NCBI RefSeq assembly: GCF_002113885.1
Contig: NW_018408893.1
Span: 427,073 to 491,072, forward strand
DNA length: 64,000 bases
From: Mizuhopecten yessoensis
Lineage: Eukaryota
Direction of reading: 5' to 3'
Notes under the pieces: model-generated
Told to the model about the DNA's origin: nothing
What the model saw: only the letters and a program-made list of their open reading frames with translations
Database searches by the model: none
Made by a program: the position numbers and the translations under genes
Shown: positions 13,066 to 25,343 of the stretch, one piece after another
Layout of the letters: each line of letters begins with the position of its first letter
How positions within the stretch are numbered: the stretch's first letter is position 1

Positions 13066-14131
13066 TACACGAGTTATGTACAAACTGTTTAATATATTTA
13101 ATAATGTGGCTTTACCTTTTTCAAAGGTCAACACTTCGTTATGAACACGCATGTCTGCATCCATGTCATCAGAGATTGATAATGTAACCAGCTGATCACG
13201 AATCACATGCCTGACATGGTTCGTTATGTCAGCTTTATCCTGTTCTAGTACGTATATTGGCCATGCTGCCTAGCAGAAATGACAATGACATTCTCGGTTA
13301 CTACTACTGATATATACCAAGATCATTTATAGTACAACTCCTCCGATTACTTTTAATTTCCCACACGAGACGATTTTAGCCTTTTTAGGCTCGGCATTGG
13401 TGTCGTCAATCAGATAATGTGACAATATAGACTATTCTATTAAATTCACATTAATTTGTGTGTTCAGTTCAGTGAAGGACGATGTGTTCTCTCTATCAGT
13501 TCACTTCCAGTACAAGATTAGCCAATTATCTAGTCTTCATTGGACTCAACAATTAAATAACACATTAATTACAACAGATGTTTAATGTTTTACGTAAAAA
13601 GTCTCTTCTGTGGCATTTAAGTTCATACTTAGTTAGATCTTCCCAATAGTTAATCTGTTTGGAAGCAGTTAGTCATTGGTAAAGATATAAATTGTGCAGG
13701 TAATTGCAAATATAGTAAAATTATAATAATATTATTTGCCCCATTGTTTTTTTTTCTCAATATTGCCCAAAATTTATAAGTTCATTTGCCACCACTAAGC
13801 ACCATCAGCTCTATTATACTATCCCTGTCACCATATAGCCTCAAAAGCTACCATCACCTGAAAAATGTTTCCCAATCTTAAATAAGTTGGAAAAACAACT
13901 AAGGCTTAGCTCAGAAAACCTAAAACTAAAATTTGGCTCATAATAAACCATTAAAAAGAACTTACCTTATAAAACTAACGTTTAACCCAGACCCTAAATC
14001 ATAACCTGTTCATTTATAATTAACTTGACCCTAAAAAGAACCCCTAAATCCTAACCCAAGGTTCAAGGTTACAAGTCACACATGTAAAAATGAAGTGCTA
14101 AGACTAACAAACTTGTTCAAATACATGACTT

Positions 14132-14283
14132 CATCCTTGGTACTCCAGGGGTTACGCTCACTTTCGCTCTTTGCACCCCTGAAACATGTCATAGCAAAAT
14201 TGAAGGCACAAAGACAGGTGTTTGATTGGTCTCAGGTAAAATAACCTGACCAATTGCTAGGCTGATACCTGTCCTTTGAAGAC
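14132..14283. mobile_element. Truncated copy of the 9794-10142 MITE
   Basis: Shares ccaggggttacg...ctttcgctct...atagcaaaattgaaggcaca...tttgattggt.tcaggtaaaataacctgaccaat...tgtcctttgaaga with about 9794-9955. Confidence 0.7.
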
Positions 14284-14560
14284 AACAAAGGGAAAATACT
14301 GGAATTTGAGAGCAATGGGCCATTTTCAGCAATTTTTAGTCACTATCAAAATTAGGAGGGGCCATTCTATGTAAAATTAAAAGAAAATTGGAACAGGAAG
14401 GGGTCAATGGCCCCATGGCCCCCTCCAGGATTATCCCTGCACTACTTTTTGTTAAATAGATATTGTAATTAGCTCCTTTTGCCTTATATAATTTCAGAAA
14501 AGGACAAAATTCCCAGCAGATATCTCATCAATAATTGTCAGTGTTATATAAAGTTGGAAC

Positions 14561-16039
14561 ATGCAGGGTGACAGTGAAGTCAATGGGACCAACGGTCACC
14601 ATTTACCGGTCCTCACTATGGACACAGTCAATCCACGCGTCCGCGAGATGCAGTATGCCGTGAGAGGCCCAATCGTTGTCAGGGCAACAGAGATAGAGAA
14701 AGAACTGAAAAATGGTACCAAGAAACCATTCACTAAGGTGATGAAGGCTAACATTGGTGACTGCCACGCTACTGGTCAGAGTCCAAACACGTTTTTACGC
14801 CAAGTCATTGCTCTCTGTTCTTATCCTCCATTGCTTGAGTCTTCAGAGTTTCCAAAAGATGCTAAAAGCCGTGCCCGTAGAATCCTCGGAGGATGTCGCG
14901 GTGGAAGTGTGGGGTCTTACAGTGCCAGTGCTGGTGTAGATCCTATCCGGGAGGACATTGCAAACTACATTAGCAAACGGGATGGCATCCCTAGTAAAGC
15001 GGAGGATGTGATTCTTTGCACTGGAGCCAGCGATGGTATCAAAACTATTTTGTCGATGTTGATGACTGGAAAAGATGGTAAAGAACGTGCTGGTATCATG
15101 ATTCCAGTACCGCAGTATCCTCTGTACTCGGCAACACTGACCGAGTACAATGCTTTCCAAATACGTTACTATCTGAATGAAGAAAACAACTGGTCGCTTG
15201 ACCTTGATGAACTGAAAAGGGCTCTGAATTCCTGCAGGGGTGAGTGTGTACCTCGTGCCATCTGTGTCATTAACCCTGGAAATCCCACGGGCCAGGTATT
15301 GACCAAAGAAAATATTCAGGACGTCATACGATTTGCTTCGGATAACCATCTGATGATACTTGCCGATGAAGTCTACCAGCATAACATCTATGCCAAGGGA
15401 TCAGCGTTCTTCTCCTTTAAGAAAGTGTTGACAGAGATGGGGCCGCTATACAACAAAGTGGAGCTGGCATCCTTCATGTCTGCCTCCAAGGGATATCTGG
15501 GTGAGTGTGGCTTCAGAGGTGGCTACTTTGAAGTGATCAACATGTTACCCGATGTGAAAGCTTGCCTCCTGAAATCCATTTCTGCCAAACTTTGTCCACC
15601 TATTCTAGGCCAGGCTGTGATGAGCGTTGTTAGTAATTTCCCGACTTTAGATGAGCCATCTGGAGCTCTCTATGCCAAAGAGAAGGAAGAAGTTTTAGCA
15701 GGTCTTGCTAGAAAAGCCAGGATGGTCACAGATTTGTTCAACTCTATTGAAGGAATCAAATGCAATGAGGTCCAGGGAGCAATGTACTCCTTCCCTAGGA
15801 TTTTCCTCCCTGACAAAGCTGTTGAGGAGGCCAAACGCAGAGGCCAGACTCCGGACTCCTTCTACTGTTTCCAGCTCCTAGAGGAGACGGGTATCTGTAC
15901 AGTGCCAGGAAGTGGTTTCGGTGAAAAGGAAGGCACCTATCACCTCCGCATGACCATCTTGCCACCAGAGGGAGAAATTAAGGATGTGCTTGGTCTTTTT
16001 AAGGAGTTTCATACAAAATTCATCAAAAAGTATCAGTAA
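14561..16039 (+). CDS. GPT: Alanine aminotransferase (glutamate-pyruvate transaminase), 492 aa, single coding exon
   Basis: Motifs YAVRGPIV, ANIGDCHA, VGSYSAS, PQYPLYSA, INPGNPTGQ, ADEVYQ, PLP-lysine motif SASKGYLGECGFRGGY, GAMYSFP, PGSGFG, YHLRMTILP. In-frame stop upstream of the ATG. Acceptor atttcag| at 14497. Confidence 0.97.
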   Translation: MQGDSEVNGTNGHHLPVLTMDTVNPRVREMQYAVRGPIVVRATEIEKELKNGTKKPFTKVMKANIGDCHATGQSPNTFLRQVIALCSYPPLLESSEFPKDAKSRARRILGGCRGGSVGSYSASAGVDPIREDIANYISKRDGIPSKAEDVILCTGASDGIKTILSMLMTGKDGKERAGIMIPVPQYPLYSATLTEYNAFQIRYYLNEENNWSLDLDELKRALNSCRGECVPRAICVINPGNPTGQVLTKENIQDVIRFASDNHLMILADEVYQHNIYAKGSAFFSFKKVLTEMGPLYNKVELASFMSASKGYLGECGFRGGYFEVINMLPDVKACLLKSISAKLCPPILGQAVMSVVSNFPTLDEPSGALYAKEKEEVLAGLARKARMVTDLFNSIEGIKCNEVQGAMYSFPRIFLPDKAVEEAKRRGQTPDSFYCFQLLEETGICTVPGSGFGEKEGTYHLRMTILPPEGEIKDVLGLFKEFHTKFIKKYQ

Positions 16040-19000
16040 AGTTTAAGGTGAGAATATCAATGTAAACTCAATATTCAAATTTAAGCAATGGTTGGGGGGG
16101 GGNCTTACATCTAAAATGTCAACTTTTCAACTCCAAGCCTTTCTTATTTGTGATGTCACATTGCTAGAAGTTGGCAGTGATGCTATGAAATTGTCACATT
16201 ACATGTACAAAACAATGGGAACATATAATCCAATCACAGATCCGCTCGGTGTTATTTAATGTGTGTCGATCCTTACCACATGGAATTAGCGATAAATACA
16301 AATTTTAAATGTCTGATATATAATTAATTTTACAACAATTTTTTCCTGTATTTTTTAGGAGAGTTCCAACAATGACTGGATCCATCATCAAGAAACCTGA
16401 CATAGTTGAGAAATGTCAAACTGTGATGGGACAGCGGAGCTTGTGCCTGGTCATCATCGAAAAAGGCCGAAAACGACATCATAAGGTCTTGAAGGTTTTA
16501 TTTTGGTTTATAAATCATATTTTATTTTGTGAGTTAAACATTCAGTGCTTACTGACCGTCTTTTCTTGAAATCATTGTCTGAAAAAGTAATTTTCTGTCC
16601 CTAGAGCAAGTGCAGGAACCAAAAACTTAATGAATATTACTGTTTTATTATCCCCGAAACTTGTGTAGTCCCAGATTTGCTCTATAAATGAAAATGTTCT
16701 CATTTTAATGGAAATGTTCTGGATTTAAAAACAACAGAGTAATATATAATCAGAGCTTGTGTTATATTGGCCCATTTCCAAAGATATTTTTAATTTCTTA
16801 AGAGTAACCACCTGTATGATATAATTGAAGATTCAACATTCTTGTTATTTCATTATTTAAGAAGTTTCCATGACACCACTGTTTTACGAAATGAAACAGA
16901 ATAATTGGTACATGCACTGACATTTCAGCAAAAAAATCCAACATAAACCAAAAGAGTGTCGGCAAGTCTTTTATACATTGAATGTTGTACCTGAAACACT
17001 GCATGTATGTATACGTCAACTATCCCATGGTTTGACATTTTAGAATATATCTGTTTTTACTGGAGCTTTAACAGTAATGTACATGATGTGCATTGTTAAC
17101 TATCGCAAAGTTTGGCATCATGGATCACAGATATATATTGTTTTGTATATACATTGCCATAGTTGTCAACCCTGTCTCATTGGATGGGAGACTCCCTCAT
17201 TTTGACCAAAATTTACCAATCTCCCCCCAAAACTCCTTCATTCAAGTCCAAACTCACACAACCTCAAAATCTACAACCTGTGGTGATCAAATGATCTCCT
17301 AGTTACTGCAGGGTGTATGTAATGATCATAACAGGTGTGTTTGAATCAAATGAATGCTTTTTGGTTTGATTCCAATATATAAAAAGGTGGAGATAACTTG
17401 AGCAAAGTAGTTTCAGTCGTGTTCCACGCACTTTCTTCCTCATTGGAAATGTGGAATGAGGGAGATCTCCCTCATTGGAGGTTTCAGAGGCTGACACCTA
17501 GGCATTACTAAATATCCCAGGGTTTGGCATAGCATTATGCTGTACCTAAAACATTAATATTACATGACCACAGTGGACTGGACTAAACCTTTATAGTCTC
17601 CCCTATGGTTTACAGTCCTCAGTATACAGAAAAGGGCATGCCTTATTTCCTTGCCAGGAGTGCCTATATTAATTAGGACCACATTGTTTTTACTTATCAT
17701 GATGATATCAGGTCCAATAACAGCACAGTACAGTACAGTTTACCAATCAAATTACCTCCAGAAAGTAATGTATTTTAGGGATTAATGTTGAAAATGTTAA
17801 GCAGAAAATATTGATGTCGAATCGTTCTTGTTTTCGGTGAGTACAATGTATGTACACGTAATTGATTAAATTAACTAACTGACATTAGGATAATGATTAG
17901 AAAGTGAAGCCATAACACAATCAGTCGATACAATAACATATTATTCTTTACTCTAATAGTGATTTGCAAAATTGAAACTTGAATAAGCTACTGATACTTA
18001 TATGTGAATTGGAACACACGAACATTTAGTAATTGTACTTACTGCTGCTGTAGAGACTGAGGTACAACGATCATAATAAGCATTCAGTTTTGACAACTGA
18101 TGCTATTTTTATTAACTTACAGGTAACATATATATGTGTTCATCATCAAGGCATTTTTTACATTTATGATTTTTATTAATGACAATTATATAAATGTCAA
18201 TTAAGTGGACCCAGGTTGAGACTAAACAAAACCAGAATTGGCTGCTTGCTTAAGGATTTTTTTTAAAACTTTCAAGTCAAAACCTTTTTTTACCCTTCCT
18301 TATCTTTTAGATTTTGATGCGACTAATCCTCGTATTCACCCATATATATGTCAATGCAAATCTACCATGTACTGCCTATTTTTTAAATTATGAAATTATG
18401 AAGTTTTTAAGGCTTTTTTTTAAAAAACAATATCTACATTCAAAAACCTTTTATTATCTCATTTAATATTGTAGAGATAAAAGAGACTCTAAGTAGATAT
18501 GTTATAGACCATTACAAATATTATTGACCAAATATTATAAGAGATTGATTGATTGAGCATTTTTTACCAACTGGTGCAATTTTTGTTATCAAAGAGTTTG
18601 TCACATTTGAATTGCCAAAAGTGATTAAAGCATTTTCTATCGACCAAAACAGGATTAGTGATTTGAGATTTTAGGGACAGTGAGGAATTTTGTTTACGCC
18701 ATATTCTATATGAGTTTGCTGGTTACCTCAACATTTCTATGTTCCTAATGTGATGTTGTACTACATACATGTATAAGCTTTGTCATGGTAATGTTAGTAA
18801 GGGATAACCTGTTCTGTCCTACATGTTTGTATATTATAGACATAGATTATGTTACACATATGTGGATTTCTTTAGAATTTAGATATAATTACTGAAGAGT
18901 TTTATACAGATTGAGTACTGTACCGGTACCAGGGCCTATACTGATTAGATTACACATTATATGTGTATATATCTACCTGAGTTGTATACAGACCTGCCAC

Positions 19001-20424
19001 TGTAACCTGGTTTTATAGGTTTGGGTTAAATGCCATCTGTATTATATTCATGTTGTTGAATAAATATTGTCTACATGGTGGAATAATTTCGAAAAGACAT
19101 ACAAGTCTAGTGTATATATACATTTTCCATTAAACAGAAAAGGGGATTTTCTAAATATATATCTTGTTTTTAAACAGATGGATAACGTATGTACGTAGGG
19201 CTTAGGTTGTATACTAAATCATGAAAATGATCATATAGTCAATGTAAAGGTTCTTTTTGATATAAGTATTTTGCTCTATATTTTGTTTATTAAGAGGTCC
19301 ACACTGATGTCATCAGGGCAGTGAACACAGTGTTTTCCTAGATCTATTTTACGCTATTAAAGTTTCCCCTAAGGTAGCCCCAAATAACAACGAATTTGAG
19401 TTGCATACAAAACAAAATTAATCACAGACACAAATTAGTATATCCCAAGTCATCTTAAAAGGAGTTTTACAATGATATTGTTCCTGTGTGTGTTACAGTT
19501 ACCATTGTTTTGTAGCTAATCAATGCAGGTGCCCAACTGACAGTTCCGGGAGCTGTAGGGCATATTACTGTATACCAAGAAATTTCCCTTGCATTTTATT
19601 TTTAGCCTTGTTTTCCCCTCCTTAAAGAGGACGAATTTATTTCCTTACAGCCAACATTTGTAAAAAAAACCCATGTAATTAAATGTGAAGAGCCAATTTG
19701 AAAATGGGCAAAAAAGCATTATTACTGTCAAAGGACAAAAATTCATCAGAGTAAAACATTTTCCGGTAAACAGTATTAACATTGTGAAACTTTGGTAACT
19801 GTAGAAATCGAATTACAGGTTTACCTTTGCTTTTGTTTATTACAAGTACTATGCTATATTTGACTCCCACAAATAGTGGATTGTGTGTTTTCAACCATAC
19901 CGAGTAGGTAATCATGATCTATTGTTGTAATGATAAAGAACTGTATGTGATAACTGTCCTTTCTTAGCTCCAATTTTTCCTCAAATCAAAAGACGTTTGA
20001 GAGGGCTTGCAATCTTAGTATTATTAAATATAAACATTTATGATTTCTTTACAAATTTTCAAACCTATGTGTAATTATTCAGTCAATGTCACCATTGTTA
20101 TGTTAATGTAGCCTTTTAAATGATTTCAGGGCCAATTTCTTACGGTATTATTTTCCTGCTTCAGTGTTAAAAAACAAAGACCTCAAGATAAAAAAAGCCC
20201 AGCACACACGTGTTATAACAGGATATGTAAACAATTCAGACAAAGGCTGTGCTATATGTGTTTGAAAGGTCAAAAAGAGTGAAAAGTTTACGAAATTTGA
20301 CTTAAAACATACATCAGTACTATTTTTGTAATGCTATTGTTTTCAAATTACTGTATTTTGTAATACAATTTGGGAACAAATAATTGTTGGGACTAATTTC
20401 AACCTTTACCAGTACTATAAAGTC

Positions 20425-20510
20425 CTCATTCACCCCTGAAATTTCATAATGAACTATTCCAACCTTTGAATTGGAAGAGTTCAAATGTGTCTTCAAGGGT
20501 GAATGAGTTT
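20425..20510. mobile_element. Short MITE-like inverted repeat
   Basis: cattcacccctgaa ... ttcaagggtgaatg inverted pair about 85 bp apart. Confidence 0.5.
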
Positions 20511-22006
20511 AAGGATGTGATTATATATATACCCATGTTGAAGGATCATAGATGTTCGATATTTAACATTATGTAATGTTATTTACTGGGTGTAGCAATC
20601 TTTGACAACTTTATAAGAATGGTATTATTGATCAGTGCTATTTACTACATATAGTCATCATAAGATCGAGTCAGTACTACTTTACACTGTGATAGTTATA
20701 AAAAAAACATGTTTTATTGTTAACTGTCAGTATTTCATTATTGCAGCATGTTATTAAGTTTATTAAGTCCATTCCCATGTAAAGTAGTTTTCTTAACTGT
20801 TGTTATGGCTGCATATTTAATGCAGTTATTTGTTAGTTTTTAGGCGTTTAGTGTAAATGTAAACTTTTAGTTTAGTTTTTAACATGTTTCGTTTAGTATA
20901 AACACTTTTCGTTTGACAATACATACTAGTCAGATGTATGAAAATACCCTGTAAAATGATACCTGTTGCTGTATTTTGTTCACATTTTGTTTGCTAACTA
21001 TAAGGACATCTTTGTATGTGCCATGTGGTCAGTATTCTTACACACAAAACGTTGTCCTGCCTATCTGTAATTTTCACCTTGTTTCATTTATTGGAAATTA
21101 AGACCAGGGCCCTTACTCATGTTAAGCATTGATTCTGTGCTCTAACCAACTTTCTTGCAACTCGCTTAAATAGTGTGACACGGCCAAAGTTTAAATGTAA
21201 ATTTAAAAACCCCGGTATCCAGCTTCAAGTCTCTCTAAAATTCTTCCACATCATTAAAAAAAGTGGATTTGTTTTGTGTAACAACGGCAGAAGAGATTGG
21301 GCTTGAGTACAGAATTTGAGCATGAAAACGGTTTCATAAATACAGGCTCTGGTCCAGATTGATTATTAATTTATTACGAAACATTTTAAACCGGTAACGA
21401 TCTCAAAATACTTAATTTAATTACTTCCGAAAATAGTTTATTTCATTAAAAAAGTTACGTATAATTAAAGGGAATTTGCAGGCTTATTTTATTGACAAGT
21501 AAACCAGTATTACGTAAAAATGCAATTCCCTTCTAGTACAAATATTCCTTTAATTATTTACAGCTGTAATTATTCATTTACAGTCAGATTGCAAGAAACT
21601 CTACTCCAAACAAAACCTTTTAGAAGTAAAAGCAAAGTGAAAGTAATAAGGTTTTGGGTGTCGAATGTGTTTTTAACATTAACACATACATGATGTTAGT
21701 ATTAGTCTAGTTATATGAAATATAAACTTTATTTATTTTACAACAATTATGAAACTTGTATTAGTTAAGTTTTAATGCTATAATGCACTATGTAACTTTT
21801 TTATGCACAGCTTTAGTTTTAGCAGAGGATTTTAGCATGTAAACTTCGTTGTATTCCATTGGATTGTTTTCTTTGTATACACGTATGCCTTTGCATTAGG
21901 GTGCCAAGGGTTGAACTGTTACCAGGTCACGGTATCTTAACTGACACACGTGAGAAATACAGCACAGTGATATGAGTGAGTGGACTGATACAGTGTAACG
22001 TCCAAG

Positions 22007-22142
22007 TCAACGAGGTCAGACTATAAAGTCTCTTTTAATGGAGTTCAACAACATGACACTTGATTCAACGAGGTCAGACTATAAAGTCCTTTAATGGAGT
22101 TCAACAACATGACACTTGATTCAACGAGGTCAGATTATAAAG
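22007..22142. repeat. Tandem repeat, ~57-bp unit, about 2.3 copies
   Basis: tcaacgaggtcagactataaag starts at 22007, 22065 and 22121. Confidence 0.85.
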
Positions 22143-22269
22143 CCTGTTTGAGTTGAATGTACCACTAATTGCCTTCGACGTATAACTATCCTATTACTTG
22201 TGAAGAAAAGATGATATATTTGATTCAATGCAAGAAATGATGTAAAAAGTTATGTGTTTTTCTACAAAC

Positions 22270-22508
22270 CAATTTTTGATTCTCTGTTTTAAAGCTGTAA
22301 GTACTGTATAACGGACAATTTTTGATTCTCTGTTTTTTAACTATAAGTACTGTATATCAGACAATTTTTGATTTTTTGTCTTTTAACTGTAAGTACTGTA
22401 TAGCAGACAATTTTTGATTTTCTGTTTTGTAGCTGTAAGTACTGTATAGCAGACAATTTTTGATTTTCTGTTTTATAGCTGTAAGTATACTGTATATCGA
22501 CAATTTTC
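22270..22508. repeat. Minisatellite, 46-bp unit, about 5 copies
   Basis: caatttttgatt...ctgtaagtactgtata recurs at about 22270, 22316, 22362, 22408 and 22454. Confidence 0.9.
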
Positions 22509-23279
22509 GCCTCAGTTCAATCCTGACATTTTTCGTTCTCCTTTATGAGGAAAACAATATCACGCAGTTAAAATATATACCCAGCAAGCTATACATAATA
22601 ATAACATGTAAAGGGGGAAGTTAACATGGCGTAAAAAACCGGATACTACAAATAAAGAGGGAAGTTTGACTAGGCGAATGTTTTCCTCTCTACAGTAGTA
22701 CATGTACATCCCCACTCCCCACTCCCCACCCACGAACCAGTGGATCCTGCATGAATTTGATTTAATATGTTTATTTGACACGCGGAAATATTGTCATCAG
22801 GTAATGTTATATGAAGTTATTCAATGACTAGGAATATTATTAATCTTAGTTTGCTTGAAATTGCAACAAGCATGAAAAATGTTCCCGCAAGAAAATAGAT
22901 CATGTGAAAACAAAATCTCAATAAAAGGGAGTGCTGTTTGTAAAGGTTGAATAACATGACGATTTCATATACCATATATTTTATTTACTATGCACTTATT
23001 CTATAGATCACCAGTGTAATATATAGAGTTGTAGCTTATTAACCATTCATTTTCGTGCTGCATTTATCTTTCAGAATAACTTAGAATTTAGCTGCCTAAT
23101 ATGTGCCTCACGCTGAAAATGTAATCTTTAGATTACTGTACTGTAAATTGAAATAACATGTGTGATATTTTGTACCATTAGTTGTTAAAAAATAGTTCAG
23201 TGCTTAACTCACACTGATAATATATAACAGAACGGTGTACTCGTGTTTCGGGTTGATGTTTCTGTGAAGAGTTAGGCCC

Positions 23280-23469
23280 TATTCCGTCTTTGCGTATTGC
23301 AGAGTTATCTTCTCTTTGGAGCAGGTATTGATTGTTACGTCACTTGTTTGTGAGAGAAACATCATCAATTTTTGAGAAAACGACGTAATTTTCTCGCACA
23401 AACCAATGACGTAACAATCAATACCTGTTCCCAAGAGAAGATAACTCTGCAATACGCAAAGACAGAATA
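23280..23469. mobile_element. Foldback MITE with ~78-bp inverted arms
   Basis: tattccgtctttgcgtattgcagagttatcttctc...gattgttacgtca mirrors tgacgtaacaatc...gagaagataactctgcaatacgcaaagacagaata. Confidence 0.8.
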
Positions 23470-24954
23470 TGTAATGCTGTGGTATAGTGTTTTATTTCAC
23501 TTGTACTTTGCTGTATTAGATACTGGGAGTGGGAGATCCAACGTCCGTTTTATAAGTTTTAAGTTCGGTGTCTCGCAGTTATTGGATTTCAAGATGGAGT
23601 CACTATTCCTGCCATAGGAGTAAAACAGTAATATTTTTTATATAAAGTTAACTCAACACTTTGCTAAAACTAGTAGAGAATGCTTTACTTTCAATGCATG
23701 ACCATGTGATTTAGCCTTGTCAGCGTTGTGTACATGACAATAATTTTAAGCCAAATGTATCTAGAAATACTGTTCAAATGACCTTCTCTTGGCCATCTTC
23801 ATCGTCCAAGGAGCTAGCATGACATTTCAATGGGCAGTACGCTGTAAACATATGTGCAGATTATATTGAGCTATATGAATAGAAATAAAATAATTTCTTT
23901 ACATTATATATATATATATATTATAATGAATCGCTACTTGTATGTCTACTTTCACCTTTAACGTGAAACAGATAATTTTGAAAAGGCCAAAATGTAAGTA
24001 AAATTATAGATAATATGGTTCTTTCATATCTGTTCCTGCATTCAGATCAGACAACTAAATGATATTGTAAAAATGATTTATAGAAATGTTACCACAATTC
24101 ATTTTGAGAATTATTCAAACACAGAAGCTTGTGTAAATGTGACAGCATCACATTAAAGGTCGATAATCAAAATGCTATAAAACTTTATATCGATACTCGG
24201 GAGCAACTGTCGAGAATACAAACAAGTCTGGTACTTAATAATGTAACATTCTACTGTTACTTTAATACCTACATCAAATGCCTTCCATGTGCTTCTAGTT
24301 GATACACGGATAACTTATACAACTAACTATACTTACCTTTTTGTATATCTTACGTGTTAGTAACATATTAAGCTAACAACTGTGTTACTAAAACCTTGGC
24401 ACGACTGGAATATAATATCAAAGTGTTATTATACACTTTACTATAACTGATATATGTGGTTCACATTATTATGCACTATGCACCTAGTTATTTAAGTTGT
24501 CAGATTTATTTATTTTTATTAGTCAGGAGGTACATATGGCGACATGCGTTCTCCCTCTATAGTCTATTGATGCGACCCGTAATCATCTATAGAGTATATA
24601 TAATGCATGTCATTTCATCTAGAAATCCCCTTTAATAAACACGTAGTGTATTTAGGAATTAATGTGTATAACCGTCTATCTATTATTAACGTAATCATTG
24701 ATAATGCATTGCTTGGTGAATCCGCTACTTATTATGTTAATTAACGTTCTGCAAATCATAAATACTATACAACATATGTATTTTTCTGAGGTATATATAT
24801 TATTGCTCTATAAGGATATATTGAAGAAAAATGATAGTTATGTAAGTTTTACATACATTATCATTGTAAGTAGAGACTGGGTTAAACAACTGCCAGAGGT
24901 GACCTATTGGAAGGATAGACCTGTTCAATAGCGATTCCTGATCTGATGCTAGAG

Positions 24955-25343
24955 ATTCTGCATACGGTAAGGGAACAAGGGGAATAACTCTAGGTAGCGT
25001 TTCCTTCAGAGCTCCCAGGATGTACGACAACAGCTGCCAGGAATGTTATACTTTTATACTTTTAATGGTTTGATAACCTTATACAATGTGTTCGTTTCGG
25101 AAAAACTATACATCACTTATAAATGCAGTACGTTATTTTAAATTGAAAATATTCTGCATACGGTAAGGGAACAAGGGGAATAACTCTAGGTAGCGTTTCT
25201 TTCAGAGCTCCCAGGATGTACGACAACAGCTGCCAGGAATGTTATACTTTTATACTTTTAATGGTTTAATAACCTTATACAATGTGTTCGTTTCGGAAAA
25301 ACTATAATCACTTATAAATGCAGTACGTTATTTTAAATTGAAA
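24955..25343. repeat. Near-identical tandem duplication, 196-bp period
   Basis: attctgcatacggtaagggaacaagggg... starts at 24955 and 25151, with few differences. Confidence 0.92.
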
